Made by a program: the position numbers and the translations under genes. From a candidate division WS2 bacterium ADurb.Bin280 (GTDB lineage Bacteria; Patescibacteriota; UBA1384; DTJR01), in assembly GCA_002071685.1 (NCBI GenBank), contig MWBO01000008.1:333-64332 (forward strand): 64,000 nt of DNA, in the 5' to 3' direction. Below the pieces are notes generated by a model that had not been told where the DNA came from, searched no databases, and saw only the letters and a program-made list of their open reading frames with translations. Every line of letters begins with the position of its first letter. The first letter of the stretch is position 1. Below are positions 29,632-38,748 of this stretch, piece by piece.

Positions 29632-29735
29632 ACTGATATTATCAGTATTATTCGTGTTTTTTCTTATTGCTATTTTGGTTACTCTATATCTAACAACTAG
29701 ATATAGTACTGATACATTTAAAATAAATTTCTAAA

Positions 29736-30182
29736 ATGGACTATCTTGAGTTAATAAACAAAATGATTCTTGATGAGTATAAATCCGGCAATGCCAAAAA
29801 AAGGGTTTTTTTACAAACCCTGAAGGCCGCACTGATCAAAAAGAAGATTGACGTAGGCGATAAATACACAAACGAAGACGGCCTTGGAGCGATCAAGATC
29901 GAATATAAACAATTGAAAGAAAGCGCCAAAGAGCAAGAAAAGGCGAAAAGGCCCGACCTTCTAGAGGAGACACTGGAAAGAATCAAGATCATCGAGCAAA
30001 TTTTGCCTGAAAAAATGGATGAGCAGGCGTTACAAGAAAAAATTGACAAAATCATAGAACAAAGCGAAGACAAGTCTTTTTCATCTGTAATAAAAACTGC
30101 GATGAAAGAACTTCGTTCAGAAGCGGACGGCTCTGACATTGCCAGAATAGTCAAAGAACGACTGGAGAGCGATGGACAGTGA
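29736..30182 (+). CDS. yqeY: GatB/YqeY-domain protein
   Basis: YqeY-like N-terminal region, and conserved rpsU-yqeY synteny. Confidence 0.65.
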   Translation: MDYLELINKMILDEYKSGNAKKRVFLQTLKAALIKKKIDVGDKYTNEDGLGAIKIEYKQLKESAKEQEKAKRPDLLEETLERIKIIEQILPEKMDEQALQEKIDKIIEQSEDKSFSSVIKTAMKELRSEADGSDIARIVKERLESDGQ

Positions 30183-30552
30183 GGGTCTGCGCATAGAAAT
30201 AATTGTTAGAGTAGAAGAAACGGATCTAAATCTAAGCAATCTTAGCAAAAGAGCCAAAAAACACCTGCTCGGGCGGGGAGTCAAAAAAGCTTTCGCCGAA
30301 ATAGAAATTATCGGAAAAGCCAGAATGAGGTCCTTGAATAAGAAATTTATGAAAAAGGACTACCCCACAGACGTCTTAAGCTTTCCTCTTGAAAAAATTC
30401 CCGGGGAAGACGCTCAAAACATTGGCACTATTTTTGTTTGTAATGATATAATAAAAAAGCAATCAAGTGAAAGGGGAATTTCTTATAATGAAGAATTGGT
30501 CTTTTTGGTTTGTCACGGCTTGGACCACTTAATAGGGATTCATCATAGTTAA
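30172..30552 (+). CDS. ybeY: rRNA maturation endoribonuclease YbeY
   Basis: C-terminal HGLDHLIGIHH zinc-binding motif; length ~126 aa. Confidence 0.75.
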   Translation: MDSEGLRIEIIVRVEETDLNLSNLSKRAKKHLLGRGVKKAFAEIEIIGKARMRSLNKKFMKKDYPTDVLSFPLEKIPGEDAQNIGTIFVCNDIIKKQSSERGISYNEELVFLVCHGLDHLIGIHHS

Positions 30553-30564
30553 ATAAGGAGGATT

Positions 30565-31815
30565 TTGACGCAACAAGACAGCATCGTCGGAATAGATGTC
30601 GGAACCACAAAGGTCTCTGTGGCGGTAGGCCAAATCAATGAAGGAATGATTCAGGTTTTAGCCCTACACAGTGTAGCAAATTCCGGAATGAGAAAGGGGT
30701 ATGTTGTTGATGTTGAAGAAGTCGTTTCAAATATTTCTCTTGCGATTGAGGAAGTCGAGAGAATGTGTGGCTTTACCCTTACAAACTGCCTGACAAGTAT
30801 TTGCTCCAATCAAATTGTCTGCGTCGAGTCAAAGGGCGTAATTGCCACAACCAGAAATGATAGTGAGATTACTGAGGAAGACGTAATCAAGGCGGTAGAG
30901 GCGGCCAAAACCGTTGCACTTCCTCCTAATTATGAAATTATTCACATAGTTCCAAAATACTTCATGGTTGACGGACAAAATCCCATCAAGGAACCGGTTG
31001 GCTTAAATGGAATAAGACTGGAAGTTTCCACGTGCGTTGTAGGCACCTCAACACCACCGCTTAGAAATTTGAGCAAAACCCTTACAATGGCAGGATTGGA
31101 GATTGAAGGAATCGTATTTTCACCCATTGCCAGTGCCAAGTGCGCAATCAACAAGAAGCAAAAAGAACAGGGTGTGGTGATGATTGATTTTGGCGCAAGC
31201 AACACCTCAATTGCCGTATTTATAGAGGGTTCTCTAATTCACGCAAAAGTTTTTCCGATTGGCTCAAACCACATAACAAACGACATAGCAATCGGTTTGA
31301 AAATTTCCATTGAAGCGGCGGAAAAAATCAAAATAACCGAAGGGAGCGCCCTAAAAGATAGTGCTAGGGAATCAGAGAAGATTAATCTGTCAAAATATGA
31401 GGAAAACGAAGAAAGCACTGTCAGCAAAAAATATGTTTGCGAAATAATTGAAGCTAGATTGAATGAAATATTTTCACTTATAAAAGAAGAGTTGAAATCA
31501 ATAGAAGTTGAAGGACTTTTGCCGGCTGGAGCAGTAATTTCCGGAGGAGGCGCCAAACTAAACGACTTACAAACCTTTGCCAAAAGCTCATTATCACTGC
31601 CTGTTCAAATCTCCCGGCCCAGCAGTGAACTCTCCGGAGTTATTGACAAATCGGATGACCCGATTTACGCTGGCGCTATCGGTCTAATGCTGTGGGGTAT
31701 TGACGAGATGAATTCAATAGTGTCTAATAAGGGCAAAGCAATAAATTTGGATTTTGGAAAATTTGGGGGGGCATTAGATAAAGTAAAAGGTATATTTAAA
31801 AACTTACTCCCATAA
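30565..31815 (+). CDS. ftsA: cell division protein FtsA
   Basis: Actin-like ATPase fold [13 protein letters not shown], with ftsZ immediately downstream. Confidence 0.85.
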   Translation: MTQQDSIVGIDVGTTKVSVAVGQINEGMIQVLALHSVANSGMRKGYVVDVEEVVSNISLAIEEVERMCGFTLTNCLTSICSNQIVCVESKGVIATTRNDSEITEEDVIKAVEAAKTVALPPNYEIIHIVPKYFMVDGQNPIKEPVGLNGIRLEVSTCVVGTSTPPLRNLSKTLTMAGLEIEGIVFSPIASAKCAINKKQKEQGVVMIDFGASNTSIAVFIEGSLIHAKVFPIGSNHITNDIAIGLKISIEAAEKIKITEGSALKDSARESEKINLSKYEENEESTVSKKYVCEIIEARLNEIFSLIKEELKSIEVEGLLPAGAVISGGGAKLNDLQTFAKSSLSLPVQISRPSSELSGVIDKSDDPIYAGAIGLMLWGIDEMNSIVSNKGKAINLDFGKFGGALDKVKGIFKNLLP

Positions 31816-31817
31816 TC

Positions 31818-32945
31818 ATGATCAAGGAAGATTTAGAAACATTTGCAACGATACGCGTCGTCGGCGTAGGGGGCTCGGGTGGTAATTCCGTAGAAAGAAT
31901 GATCGCAGCCAAGCTTAGAGGCGTTGAATTTATCGCGGCCAACACTGACGCACAGGCGCTAGTCAATAATTCTGCACCCGTCAAAATACAGATTGGTAAA
32001 GAAACTACCAGAGGACTTGGTTCAGGAAGTAATGTTGAGGTTGGCCGAAAATCAGTGGAAGAAAACAAAGAGGAAATCCTAGAAGCTCTAAAGGGTTCGG
32101 ACATGGTCTTTGTCGCCTATGGAGCGGGAGGCGGAACGGGAACCGGAGCGGGCCCGGTAGTTGCCGCCATATCAAAAGAAATAGGTGCACTAACTGTTGG
32201 AATTGTCACAAAACCATTTAGTTTTGAGGGAATGAGGCGTAAGAAAGTTGCCGAACAAGGAATAGAAGAACTCAAAGACAAAGTAGATACACTCATAGTA
32301 ATTCCAAACGACCGATTGTTACAGGTGATTGATAAGAAAACTTCATTAAACGATGCTTTCGGAGTAGTCGATGACGTTTTGCGTCAGGGCGTTCAGGGTA
32401 TTTCAGACCTGATCACAATGCACGGTATTATCAACGTTGACTTTGCCGATGTGAAAACAATAATGGCTGATGCCGGCAGCGCTTTGATGGGCATCGGACG
32501 AGGCAGTGGCGACAACCGAGCTGTAGAAGCGGCTCGGGCAGCTATTGATTCACCCCTTCTAGAACTTTCAATAGACGGAGCAAAAGGCATTTTATTTAAT
32601 ATCACCGGCGGTCCCGATTTAAGTATGTACGAGATCGACGAAGCGGCAAAGATTATTACTGAAGCCGCAGATCCGGATGCAAACATCATCTTCGGCTCTA
32701 TTGTCGACGAATCGATGTCCGGCGAGGTTCGCATTACAGTCATTGCAACAGGATTTGATGAAATCAGCGAACCCAAAAAACAGCAAAAGCCGATATTTTC
32801 TAGTTTCGAGCAACCGGTACAGCAACCGCAAGCAACCTCTCCATTCACACCCCTAGTCACAAAAGAAGCCCCAATAATTGAAGAAGAAACGGAAGAAGCA
32901 GACGATCTCGAAGTGCCCGCTTTTATTAGAAGAAAGCTCAAATAG
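31818..32945 (+). CDS. ftsZ: cell division GTPase FtsZ
   Basis: Tubulin signature GGGTGTG and NTDAQAL. Confidence 0.95.
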   Translation: MIKEDLETFATIRVVGVGGSGGNSVERMIAAKLRGVEFIAANTDAQALVNNSAPVKIQIGKETTRGLGSGSNVEVGRKSVEENKEEILEALKGSDMVFVAYGAGGGTGTGAGPVVAAISKEIGALTVGIVTKPFSFEGMRRKKVAEQGIEELKDKVDTLIVIPNDRLLQVIDKKTSLNDAFGVVDDVLRQGVQGISDLITMHGIINVDFADVKTIMADAGSALMGIGRGSGDNRAVEAARAAIDSPLLELSIDGAKGILFNITGGPDLSMYEIDEAAKIITEAADPDANIIFGSIVDESMSGEVRITVIATGFDEISEPKKQQKPIFSSFEQPVQQPQATSPFTPLVTKEAPIIEEETEEADDLEVPAFIRRKLK

Positions 32946-32982
32946 GCACTTGTTCTCAAGAGAACGAAAAAACTATTGACAA

Positions 32983-33025
32983 CACTATATAGTGCTTTAT
33001 TATTATAAAAGCACCAAATATAGTG
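32983..33025 (+). promoter_or_regulatory. two NrdR-box-like palindromes (CACTATATAGTG, CACCAAATATAGTG) overlapping the nrdR promoter (TTGACA 32976-32981)
   Basis: Box 1 at 32983-32994 is a perfect 12-bp palindrome. Box 2 at 33012-33025 lies ~2 helical turns downstream. Both match the known NrdR operator consensus. Confidence 0.55.
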
Positions 33026-33031
33026 TAATAA

Positions 33032-33475
33032 ATGCTTTGTCCAAAATGTAAGAGCGACGAAATTCAGGTAGTCGATTCGCGCGATGTAGATGAAAAAACC
33101 ATCAGGCGAAGACGCGAGTGCGAAGCTTGTAAGTTTAGATTTACATCATACGAAAGAATCCAACCGATAAAATTAACGGTAATTAAGTCTGATGGAAAAA
33201 CCGAAAATTTTGATCGCTCAAAAATAATCAGGGGTATTGAAATTGCTTCCAATAATAGGTTAAAAAGAGAGCAGATAGAAAAAATTGCGGATGAAGTCGA
33301 GGCAAAAATTACTCAAGAATCTCCCCCGCAAGTAACAACCAAGAAAATCGGAAGTATAGTAATCAGAAAGTTGAAAAAGATGGATGAGGTTTCTTACCTT
33401 AGATTCGCATCTGTTTACAAAAATTTTCAGGATATAGATTCATTTGAGCAAGAGCTTGAAAAATTAAAAAAATAA
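33032..33475 (+). CDS. nrdR: transcriptional repressor NrdR
   Basis: MLCPKCKSDEIQVVDSRD zinc ribbon plus an ATP-cone. Confidence 0.9.
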   Translation: MLCPKCKSDEIQVVDSRDVDEKTIRRRRECEACKFRFTSYERIQPIKLTVIKSDGKTENFDRSKIIRGIEIASNNRLKREQIEKIADEVEAKITQESPPQVTTKKIGSIVIRKLKKMDEVSYLRFASVYKNFQDIDSFEQELEKLKK

Positions 33476-33525
33476 TAATTAGCAAACAAGTATAAAGTAA
33501 AATACCAAGAGAACAGGAGGGGATT

Positions 33526-36500
33526 GTGCCAAAGACAAAGATTACCGAAAAAGCGGAAAGCCAGGCAAAGCTGCTAAAAAACGACAAAAAGAAGGCCAGA
33601 AAAAGAACCCAGAAGGGTTTAAAATTTGAAAAATATTTTACTAAGGATTTAAAAGATCCGCTTGAATCGGTCAAATACACAAGCAGGTCTTGCAAAATTA
33701 TCAATCCCGACGGAAGCGTAGTCTTTGAACTAAATGACATCGAAATACCTCAAGATTGGTCGAAGATAGCTTCAGATATTTTGATATCCAAGTACATTAG
33801 AAAAAACGGCGTGCCACAATACGATTCAAACGGTCAAGAAGTTTTGGACAAGGATGGTAACGTTAAACTAACTAGCGAAAAATCGGCAAAACAAGTTGTC
33901 AGAAGATTGGCAGGATGCTGGAGACATTGGGGGGAGAAGTATAAATATTTTGCAAGCGAAAGAGACGCTCAAAATTTTCAGGACGAAGCGGAATATATGC
34001 TGATAAAACAAATGGCCGCCCCCAATTCGCCCCAATGGTTCAATACCGGACTCAATTACGCATATGGCATAACCGGACCAGCCCAGGGTCACTGGTACGC
34101 CGATCCCAAAAGCGGAAGATTAAAACTTTCAGAAGATGCCTACACCCACCCCCAGCCACACGCCTGCTTCATTCAATCTGTAGATGACGACCTTGTTAAT
34201 AAAGGTGGAATTTTTGATCTTATTACAAAAGAAGCGAGAATATTTAAATATGGATCCGGTTCGGGAAGTAACTTCTCGAAATTACGCGGAACGGGCGAAC
34301 CTCTGTCCGGAGGAGGAACCTCCTCCGGCTTGATGAGCTGGCTACAGATATTTGATAAGGCGGCAGGAGCTATAAAGTCCGGTGGTACCACCAGAAGAGC
34401 GTCAAAGATGGTCATACTAAATGCAGATCATCCCGATATCGAAGAGTTTGTTTTATGGAAACACAGAGAGGAGCAAAAGGCGTCGGCTTTAATGGCGGCA
34501 GGATATGGAGCCGGTTTCGAAGGCGAATCTTATCAAACTGTTTCCGGCCAAAATTCCAATAACTCTATCAGAGTAACGCATGATTTCATGAAGGCGGTGG
34601 AAAACAATAGCGACTGGCACTTGGTCTGGAGAACGGATCCGACCCACATTGCCAAAACAATCAAGGCAAGGGATTTGTGGAACAAGATAGTGGAGGGCGC
34701 TTGGAGCTGTGGAGATCCGGGGCTTCAGTTTGATTCGACGGTTAATGACTGGCACACCTGCCTCAAATCAGGAAGAATAAACGGCTCAAACCCATGTAGC
34801 GAATTTATGTTTCTCGATGATTCTTCGTGCAATTTGGCCTCCTTGAATTTGATAAAATTCTACGACCACAAGACGAAGGCCTTTGATATAGAAGGATTCA
34901 AGCATGCCACAAGGATTTGGACAACAGTGCTTGAAATATCGGTTTTGATGGCTCAATTTCCGTCTTACGAAATTGCCAAAAACTCATATATTTTCAGACC
35001 ACTTGGTCTTGGCTATGCAAATATTGGTGCAATGTTAATGGTCATGGGAGTCCCCTATGACTCTGAAGAAGGAAGAGCGATTTCTGCAACAATCACTTCA
35101 ATAATGACAGCACAGGCATATGAAACTTCAGCGGAAATGGCAAAAAACCTTGGGCCTTTCTCTTCTTATGAGGACAACAAAGACGACATGTTGAGAGTAA
35201 TTCGAAATCACAGAAAAGCAGCTTACAATGCAAAAAAAGAAGATTTTGAAAAATTGGGACTAATTCCTCCGGAAACAGATCTTAAGAATGTCAGTGAAGA
35301 ACTAGTCAAAACTTCTCAAGAACTTTGGGACAAGGCCCTACTAGAAGGAGGGATGCATGGCTTTAGAAATGCTCAAGTTACTCTTCTTGCACCAACCGGA
35401 ACCATCGGTCTTTTGATGGATTGTGATACAACTGGAATTGAACCTGATTATGCCCTTGTTAAATTTAAAAAACTCGCCGGCGGGGGATATTTCAAGATAA
35501 TCAACAATTCCGTTCCCGGAGCACTTGAAAATTTGGGATATTCTAAAACGCAAATCCAAGAGATGATTGAGTACATTATCGGATCCGCTTCATTAAATGA
35601 TTCTCCCCATATAAACAGACCGACGCTTATTAAAAAGGGTATGAGCGAGGATCTAATAGAAAAAATCGAAAACGAGTTATCGGGCGCCTTTGACCTCACC
35701 TTTGCGTTTAACAAAACAATCATTAGCAAAGAAGCGGCTAAAAAAATGGGAATTGAAGAAGGAGAGTATGAAAAAGAAGACTTTAATTTCCTCAAGGCAA
35801 TCGGCTTCTCGAAAGAACAGATAGACGAGGCGAACGAAAGCATTTGCGGAATTATGACAATCGAAGGAGCTCCCCATCTTAAAGAAGAGGACCTTCCGGT
35901 CTTTGACTGCGCAAATAAATGTGGCAAGGGAGGCAAGAGATTCATTGCTCCCGAAGGCCACGTCAAGATGATGGGGGCCGTTCAACCCTTTTTGTCGGGT
36001 GCGATTTCAAAGACAGTTAACTTGCCAAATGAAGCGACTCTAGAAGATGTCAGTAATATCTACAGGAAATCTTGGGAACTTGGGCTTAAAGCGGTTGCAA
36101 TATATCGTGACGGATCAAAGGTTTCTCAACCCCTAAACATCGAAAAAGACAAAAAAGCGCAAGAAAAGGAAAAAGAGGTTGTAATAGAGTATAGGCCAGT
36201 CAGAAAAAAGCTTCCGAAAGAAAGACAGTCGTTGACCAGAAAAGTCAACCTCGGCGGGCACAAGCTGTTTTTGACAGTCGGACTTTACGAGGACGGTAAG
36301 CCCGGTGAGTTATTCATAACGATGAGTCAGCAGGGTAGCTTTGCTGCCGGCATGGCCGATTCGTTTGCCAAGATGGTCTCGATTGGTCTGCAGTACGGAG
36401 TGCCAGTGGAAACTATAATTTCCCAGATGAGACACATGAGATATCAACCAATGGGCTTTACCGGCGACAACGACATCACCAACGTATCCTCAATATCGGA

Positions 36501-36765
36501 TTTCATCGCCCAATGGTTCGAAAATAAATTTCTGGAATCTTCGATGAAGGCGGTAAAATTACCCTTTGGCGGAAAAGAAGCGACTACGACAGAACAAGTT
36601 GCGCAGGCAGAAATAGCAGAGGACAAGAGCGAGCAAAAAAGCATTTTTAGTCAAGAACTAGGATTTTCTGGCGAAACCTGTCCCGAATGCGGAATGGCCT
36701 CGATGGTGACAAATGGGAAGTGTTACAAATGCGTAAACTGCGGAGCGACCACCGGATGCTCATAA
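33526..36765 (+). CDS. nrdJ: class II (adenosylcobalamin-dependent) ribonucleoside reductase
   Basis: 1079 aa with a GTG start. Catalytic-core motifs (NPCSEF, ...), and a C-terminal CPECG...CYKCVNCG zinc ribbon typical of monomeric class II RNRs. Confidence 0.9.
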   Translation: MPKTKITEKAESQAKLLKNDKKKARKRTQKGLKFEKYFTKDLKDPLESVKYTSRSCKIINPDGSVVFELNDIEIPQDWSKIASDILISKYIRKNGVPQYDSNGQEVLDKDGNVKLTSEKSAKQVVRRLAGCWRHWGEKYKYFASERDAQNFQDEAEYMLIKQMAAPNSPQWFNTGLNYAYGITGPAQGHWYADPKSGRLKLSEDAYTHPQPHACFIQSVDDDLVNKGGIFDLITKEARIFKYGSGSGSNFSKLRGTGEPLSGGGTSSGLMSWLQIFDKAAGAIKSGGTTRRASKMVILNADHPDIEEFVLWKHREEQKASALMAAGYGAGFEGESYQTVSGQNSNNSIRVTHDFMKAVENNSDWHLVWRTDPTHIAKTIKARDLWNKIVEGAWSCGDPGLQFDSTVNDWHTCLKSGRINGSNPCSEFMFLDDSSCNLASLNLIKFYDHKTKAFDIEGFKHATRIWTTVLEISVLMAQFPSYEIAKNSYIFRPLGLGYANIGAMLMVMGVPYDSEEGRAISATITSIMTAQAYETSAEMAKNLGPFSSYEDNKDDMLRVIRNHRKAAYNAKKEDFEKLGLIPPETDLKNVSEELVKTSQELWDKALLEGGMHGFRNAQVTLLAPTGTIGLLMDCDTTGIEPDYALVKFKKLAGGGYFKIINNSVPGALENLGYSKTQIQEMIEYIIGSASLNDSPHINRPTLIKKGMSEDLIEKIENELSGAFDLTFAFNKTIISKEAAKKMGIEEGEYEKEDFNFLKAIGFSKEQIDEANESICGIMTIEGAPHLKEEDLPVFDCANKCGKGGKRFIAPEGHVKMMGAVQPFLSGAISKTVNLPNEATLEDVSNIYRKSWELGLKAVAIYRDGSKVSQPLNIEKDKKAQEKEKEVVIEYRPVRKKLPKERQSLTRKVNLGGHKLFLTVGLYEDGKPGELFITMSQQGSFAAGMADSFAKMVSIGLQYGVPVETIISQMRHMRYQPMGFTGDNDITNVSSISDFIAQWFENKFLESSMKAVKLPFGGKEATTTEQVAQAEIAEDKSEQKSIFSQELGFSGETCPECGMASMVTNGKCYKCVNCGATTGCS

Positions 36766-36768
36766 AAA

Positions 36769-37302
36769 ATGAAAAAAGATGGTTTAATAATTGCATACAT
36801 CGGCGAAGGCAAGGGTAAATCAACAGCGGCATTTGGACTTGCCCTAAGAGCGATCGGCCAAGAAAAGAAAGTTTGCATTATTCAATTCATCAAAAGTAAC
36901 GAGCAAACGGGTGAAGCAAAGTTCTTCAAAAAGCTCAAGAACGAGTGTGAATTTATAGCTCTCGGGGAGGGGTTCGTATCCATTCAAGGCGATACAAAGA
37001 CTTTTAAAGTTCACAAAAACGCCGCTCAAAAGGCGATAGAGGTGGCGGAAGAAATAATCACCTCTAACAAATATGAAGTCATCATACTTGATGAAATAGT
37101 TGTTGCCATGGCGCTCAAACTGATAACTCAGGCACAAATAAAAAAGCTTCTCTTACTCAAAAAAGACCATCAAACAATCGTAATAACAGGGAGAGGCGAA
37201 CTGGGTAAAATTGAAAAATTGTGCGATCTGATAACTCAGATGAAATGTATAGCTCATCCGTTTGACCAAAAAGTGGAGGCAATCAGGGGAATTGATTACT
37301 AA
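36769..37302 (+). CDS. ATP:cob(I)alamin adenosyltransferase (CobA/CobO/BtuR family)
   Basis: IGEGKGKSTAAFGLALRAIGQ...CIIQFIK matches the P-loop signature of the family. Confidence 0.7.
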   Translation: MKKDGLIIAYIGEGKGKSTAAFGLALRAIGQEKKVCIIQFIKSNEQTGEAKFFKKLKNECEFIALGEGFVSIQGDTKTFKVHKNAAQKAIEVAEEIITSNKYEVIILDEIVVAMALKLITQAQIKKLLLLKKDHQTIVITGRGELGKIEKLCDLITQMKCIAHPFDQKVEAIRGIDY

Positions 37303-37328
37303 AAATCCTTCTGTGGTATAATTAATTT

Positions 37329-37910
37329 ATGAATAAAGTTGCAATTCTAGCTTCAATAGTAATTGTCGGTGTTGGAATTTCGGGATGTTCAGGCCAAAAA
37401 AATACTACCGAAGAAACCCCCCAGATTCCAGCGCAAAAAGAAACATCCGTTGATAGTTCAAGTGGAAACTCTTATGAGCAAACAGACAGAATAAGCATCA
37501 CCGATCCGGCGCTTTCCGACTACCTTTCAGACAGGGAAAAAACAGTCACGCAAGAAAGCTTACCGGCGCTTTCCGAGCAAGAGATTAAAAAAATCGGACT
37601 TGTGGCAAAGATATCCGGTGGAAGCAAGTACGGTTTGTCGGGAACGGCTCAAATTTTATCAAAGTCAACTATTGCACTTTCCAACTTCAGCTTCAACGGC
37701 GCCTGCCTGCCCCTTTTGGCTTATTTGACAAGAAGCAATCAAGTCGAAGACCCCTTAGTGAAAATAAAAGAATTTTCGGCGCCGATAAGCAATGCCAGTT
37801 TTAATCTCGACATCCCCGGGAACATAAGCTTAACGACCTTTGACTCAATTAGTTTTTATTGTTCGGATAAAATGGATAATCCCGTCAGTACAACCGATTT
37901 TACAAATTAA
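37329..37910 (+). CDS. lipoprotein, hypothetical
   Basis: Lipobox ISGCSG; no recognisable domain. Confidence 0.5.
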   Translation: MNKVAILASIVIVGVGISGCSGQKNTTEETPQIPAQKETSVDSSSGNSYEQTDRISITDPALSDYLSDREKTVTQESLPALSEQEIKKIGLVAKISGGSKYGLSGTAQILSKSTIALSNFSFNGACLPLLAYLTRSNQVEDPLVKIKEFSAPISNASFNLDIPGNISLTTFDSISFYCSDKMDNPVSTTDFTN

Positions 37911-37945
37911 TTGACAAAAGGACTCAATTAAAATAAAACTAGTCT

Positions 37946-38473
37946 ATGAGGAATTTTTTGATTTTGTTTTCTGTTGGCGTAATTTCTAGAGTAATTGCGC
38001 ATTTGCCAAACTTTACTCCCGTCGGAGCAATTATTGTTTATAGCGCTTCGCGCATGGGAATTAAGAAAGCCCTTGCCCTTGGAGCACTCACCATGTTGGT
38101 TAGTGATGCCATTCTTGGTTTTAGTTACGTTAGCATCTTTGTTTATCTTGGATTTGCATCATACGCGGTCATATCAAAATTATTTTCAAAAAAAATCGGT
38201 CTCATGCTGAGTGCCATTTTGGGTTCCTGTGCTTTTTTTCTTATTTCAAATTTTGGCGTTTTCCTAGGGCCATGGTATGACCACTCGTTAAGCGGGCTGT
38301 TGACCTGTTATACACTAGCAATACCATTTTTTTCAAACATGCTCATTGCTGACATAGTTTTTATCGGCGCGATAAGTATTATAGAAAATGTGGTATCTTA
38401 TAAATTCAAGAAAATAAATTGGGAGGTTTTATGGCTACAATTATTTCCGAAAGCGATTTTGAGGAAAAGGTAA
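37946..38473 (+). CDS. small polytopic membrane protein (possible ECF-type S component)
   Basis: ~5 TM helices and 175 aa. Follows the cobalamin-related genes. Confidence 0.4.
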   Translation: MRNFLILFSVGVISRVIAHLPNFTPVGAIIVYSASRMGIKKALALGALTMLVSDAILGFSYVSIFVYLGFASYAVISKLFSKKIGLMLSAILGSCAFFLISNFGVFLGPWYDHSLSGLLTCYTLAIPFFSNMLIADIVFIGAISIIENVVSYKFKKINWEVLWLQLFPKAILRKR

Positions 38474-38739
38474 TCAAATCAGAAAAGCCGGTATTGGTTG
38501 ATTTTTTTGCATCATGGTGTGGGCCATGCCAGATGATGAGTCCGGTGATCGACGAACTTGCATCGGAGATGGAGAAAGATGCGGGTGTTTACAAGGTAGA
38601 TGTTGATGCCTCGGGTAATCTTGCCAACAAATATCAAATAATGTCCATCCCAACAATTTTGATTTTCAAGGGAGGAAAAGTGGTCAAACAGTTTAACGGA
38701 GTCACCTCAAAAGAAGATCTCGAAAAAGAACTCAAATAA
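38431..38739 (+). CDS. trxA: thioredoxin
   Basis: WCGPC active site. ATG at 38431 after SD GGGAGG. Confidence 0.85.
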   Translation: MATIISESDFEEKVIKSEKPVLVDFFASWCGPCQMMSPVIDELASEMEKDAGVYKVDVDASGNLANKYQIMSIPTILIFKGGKVVKQFNGVTSKEDLEKELK

Positions 38740-38748
38740 GTCGGTGAT

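Noticed and set aside
29549-29734. 61-aa ORF from the track (MKKSPQEEIEGNQRKERQ...)
   Set aside because: It overlaps, in another frame, a far more convincing bS21 reading frame (29452-29631) that has an SD and conserved synteny with yqeY.
33476-33525. Cobalamin riboswitch upstream of nrdJ
   Set aside because: The leader is only 50 nt and lacks the B12-box. Regulation appears to be through the NrdR boxes upstream of nrdR.
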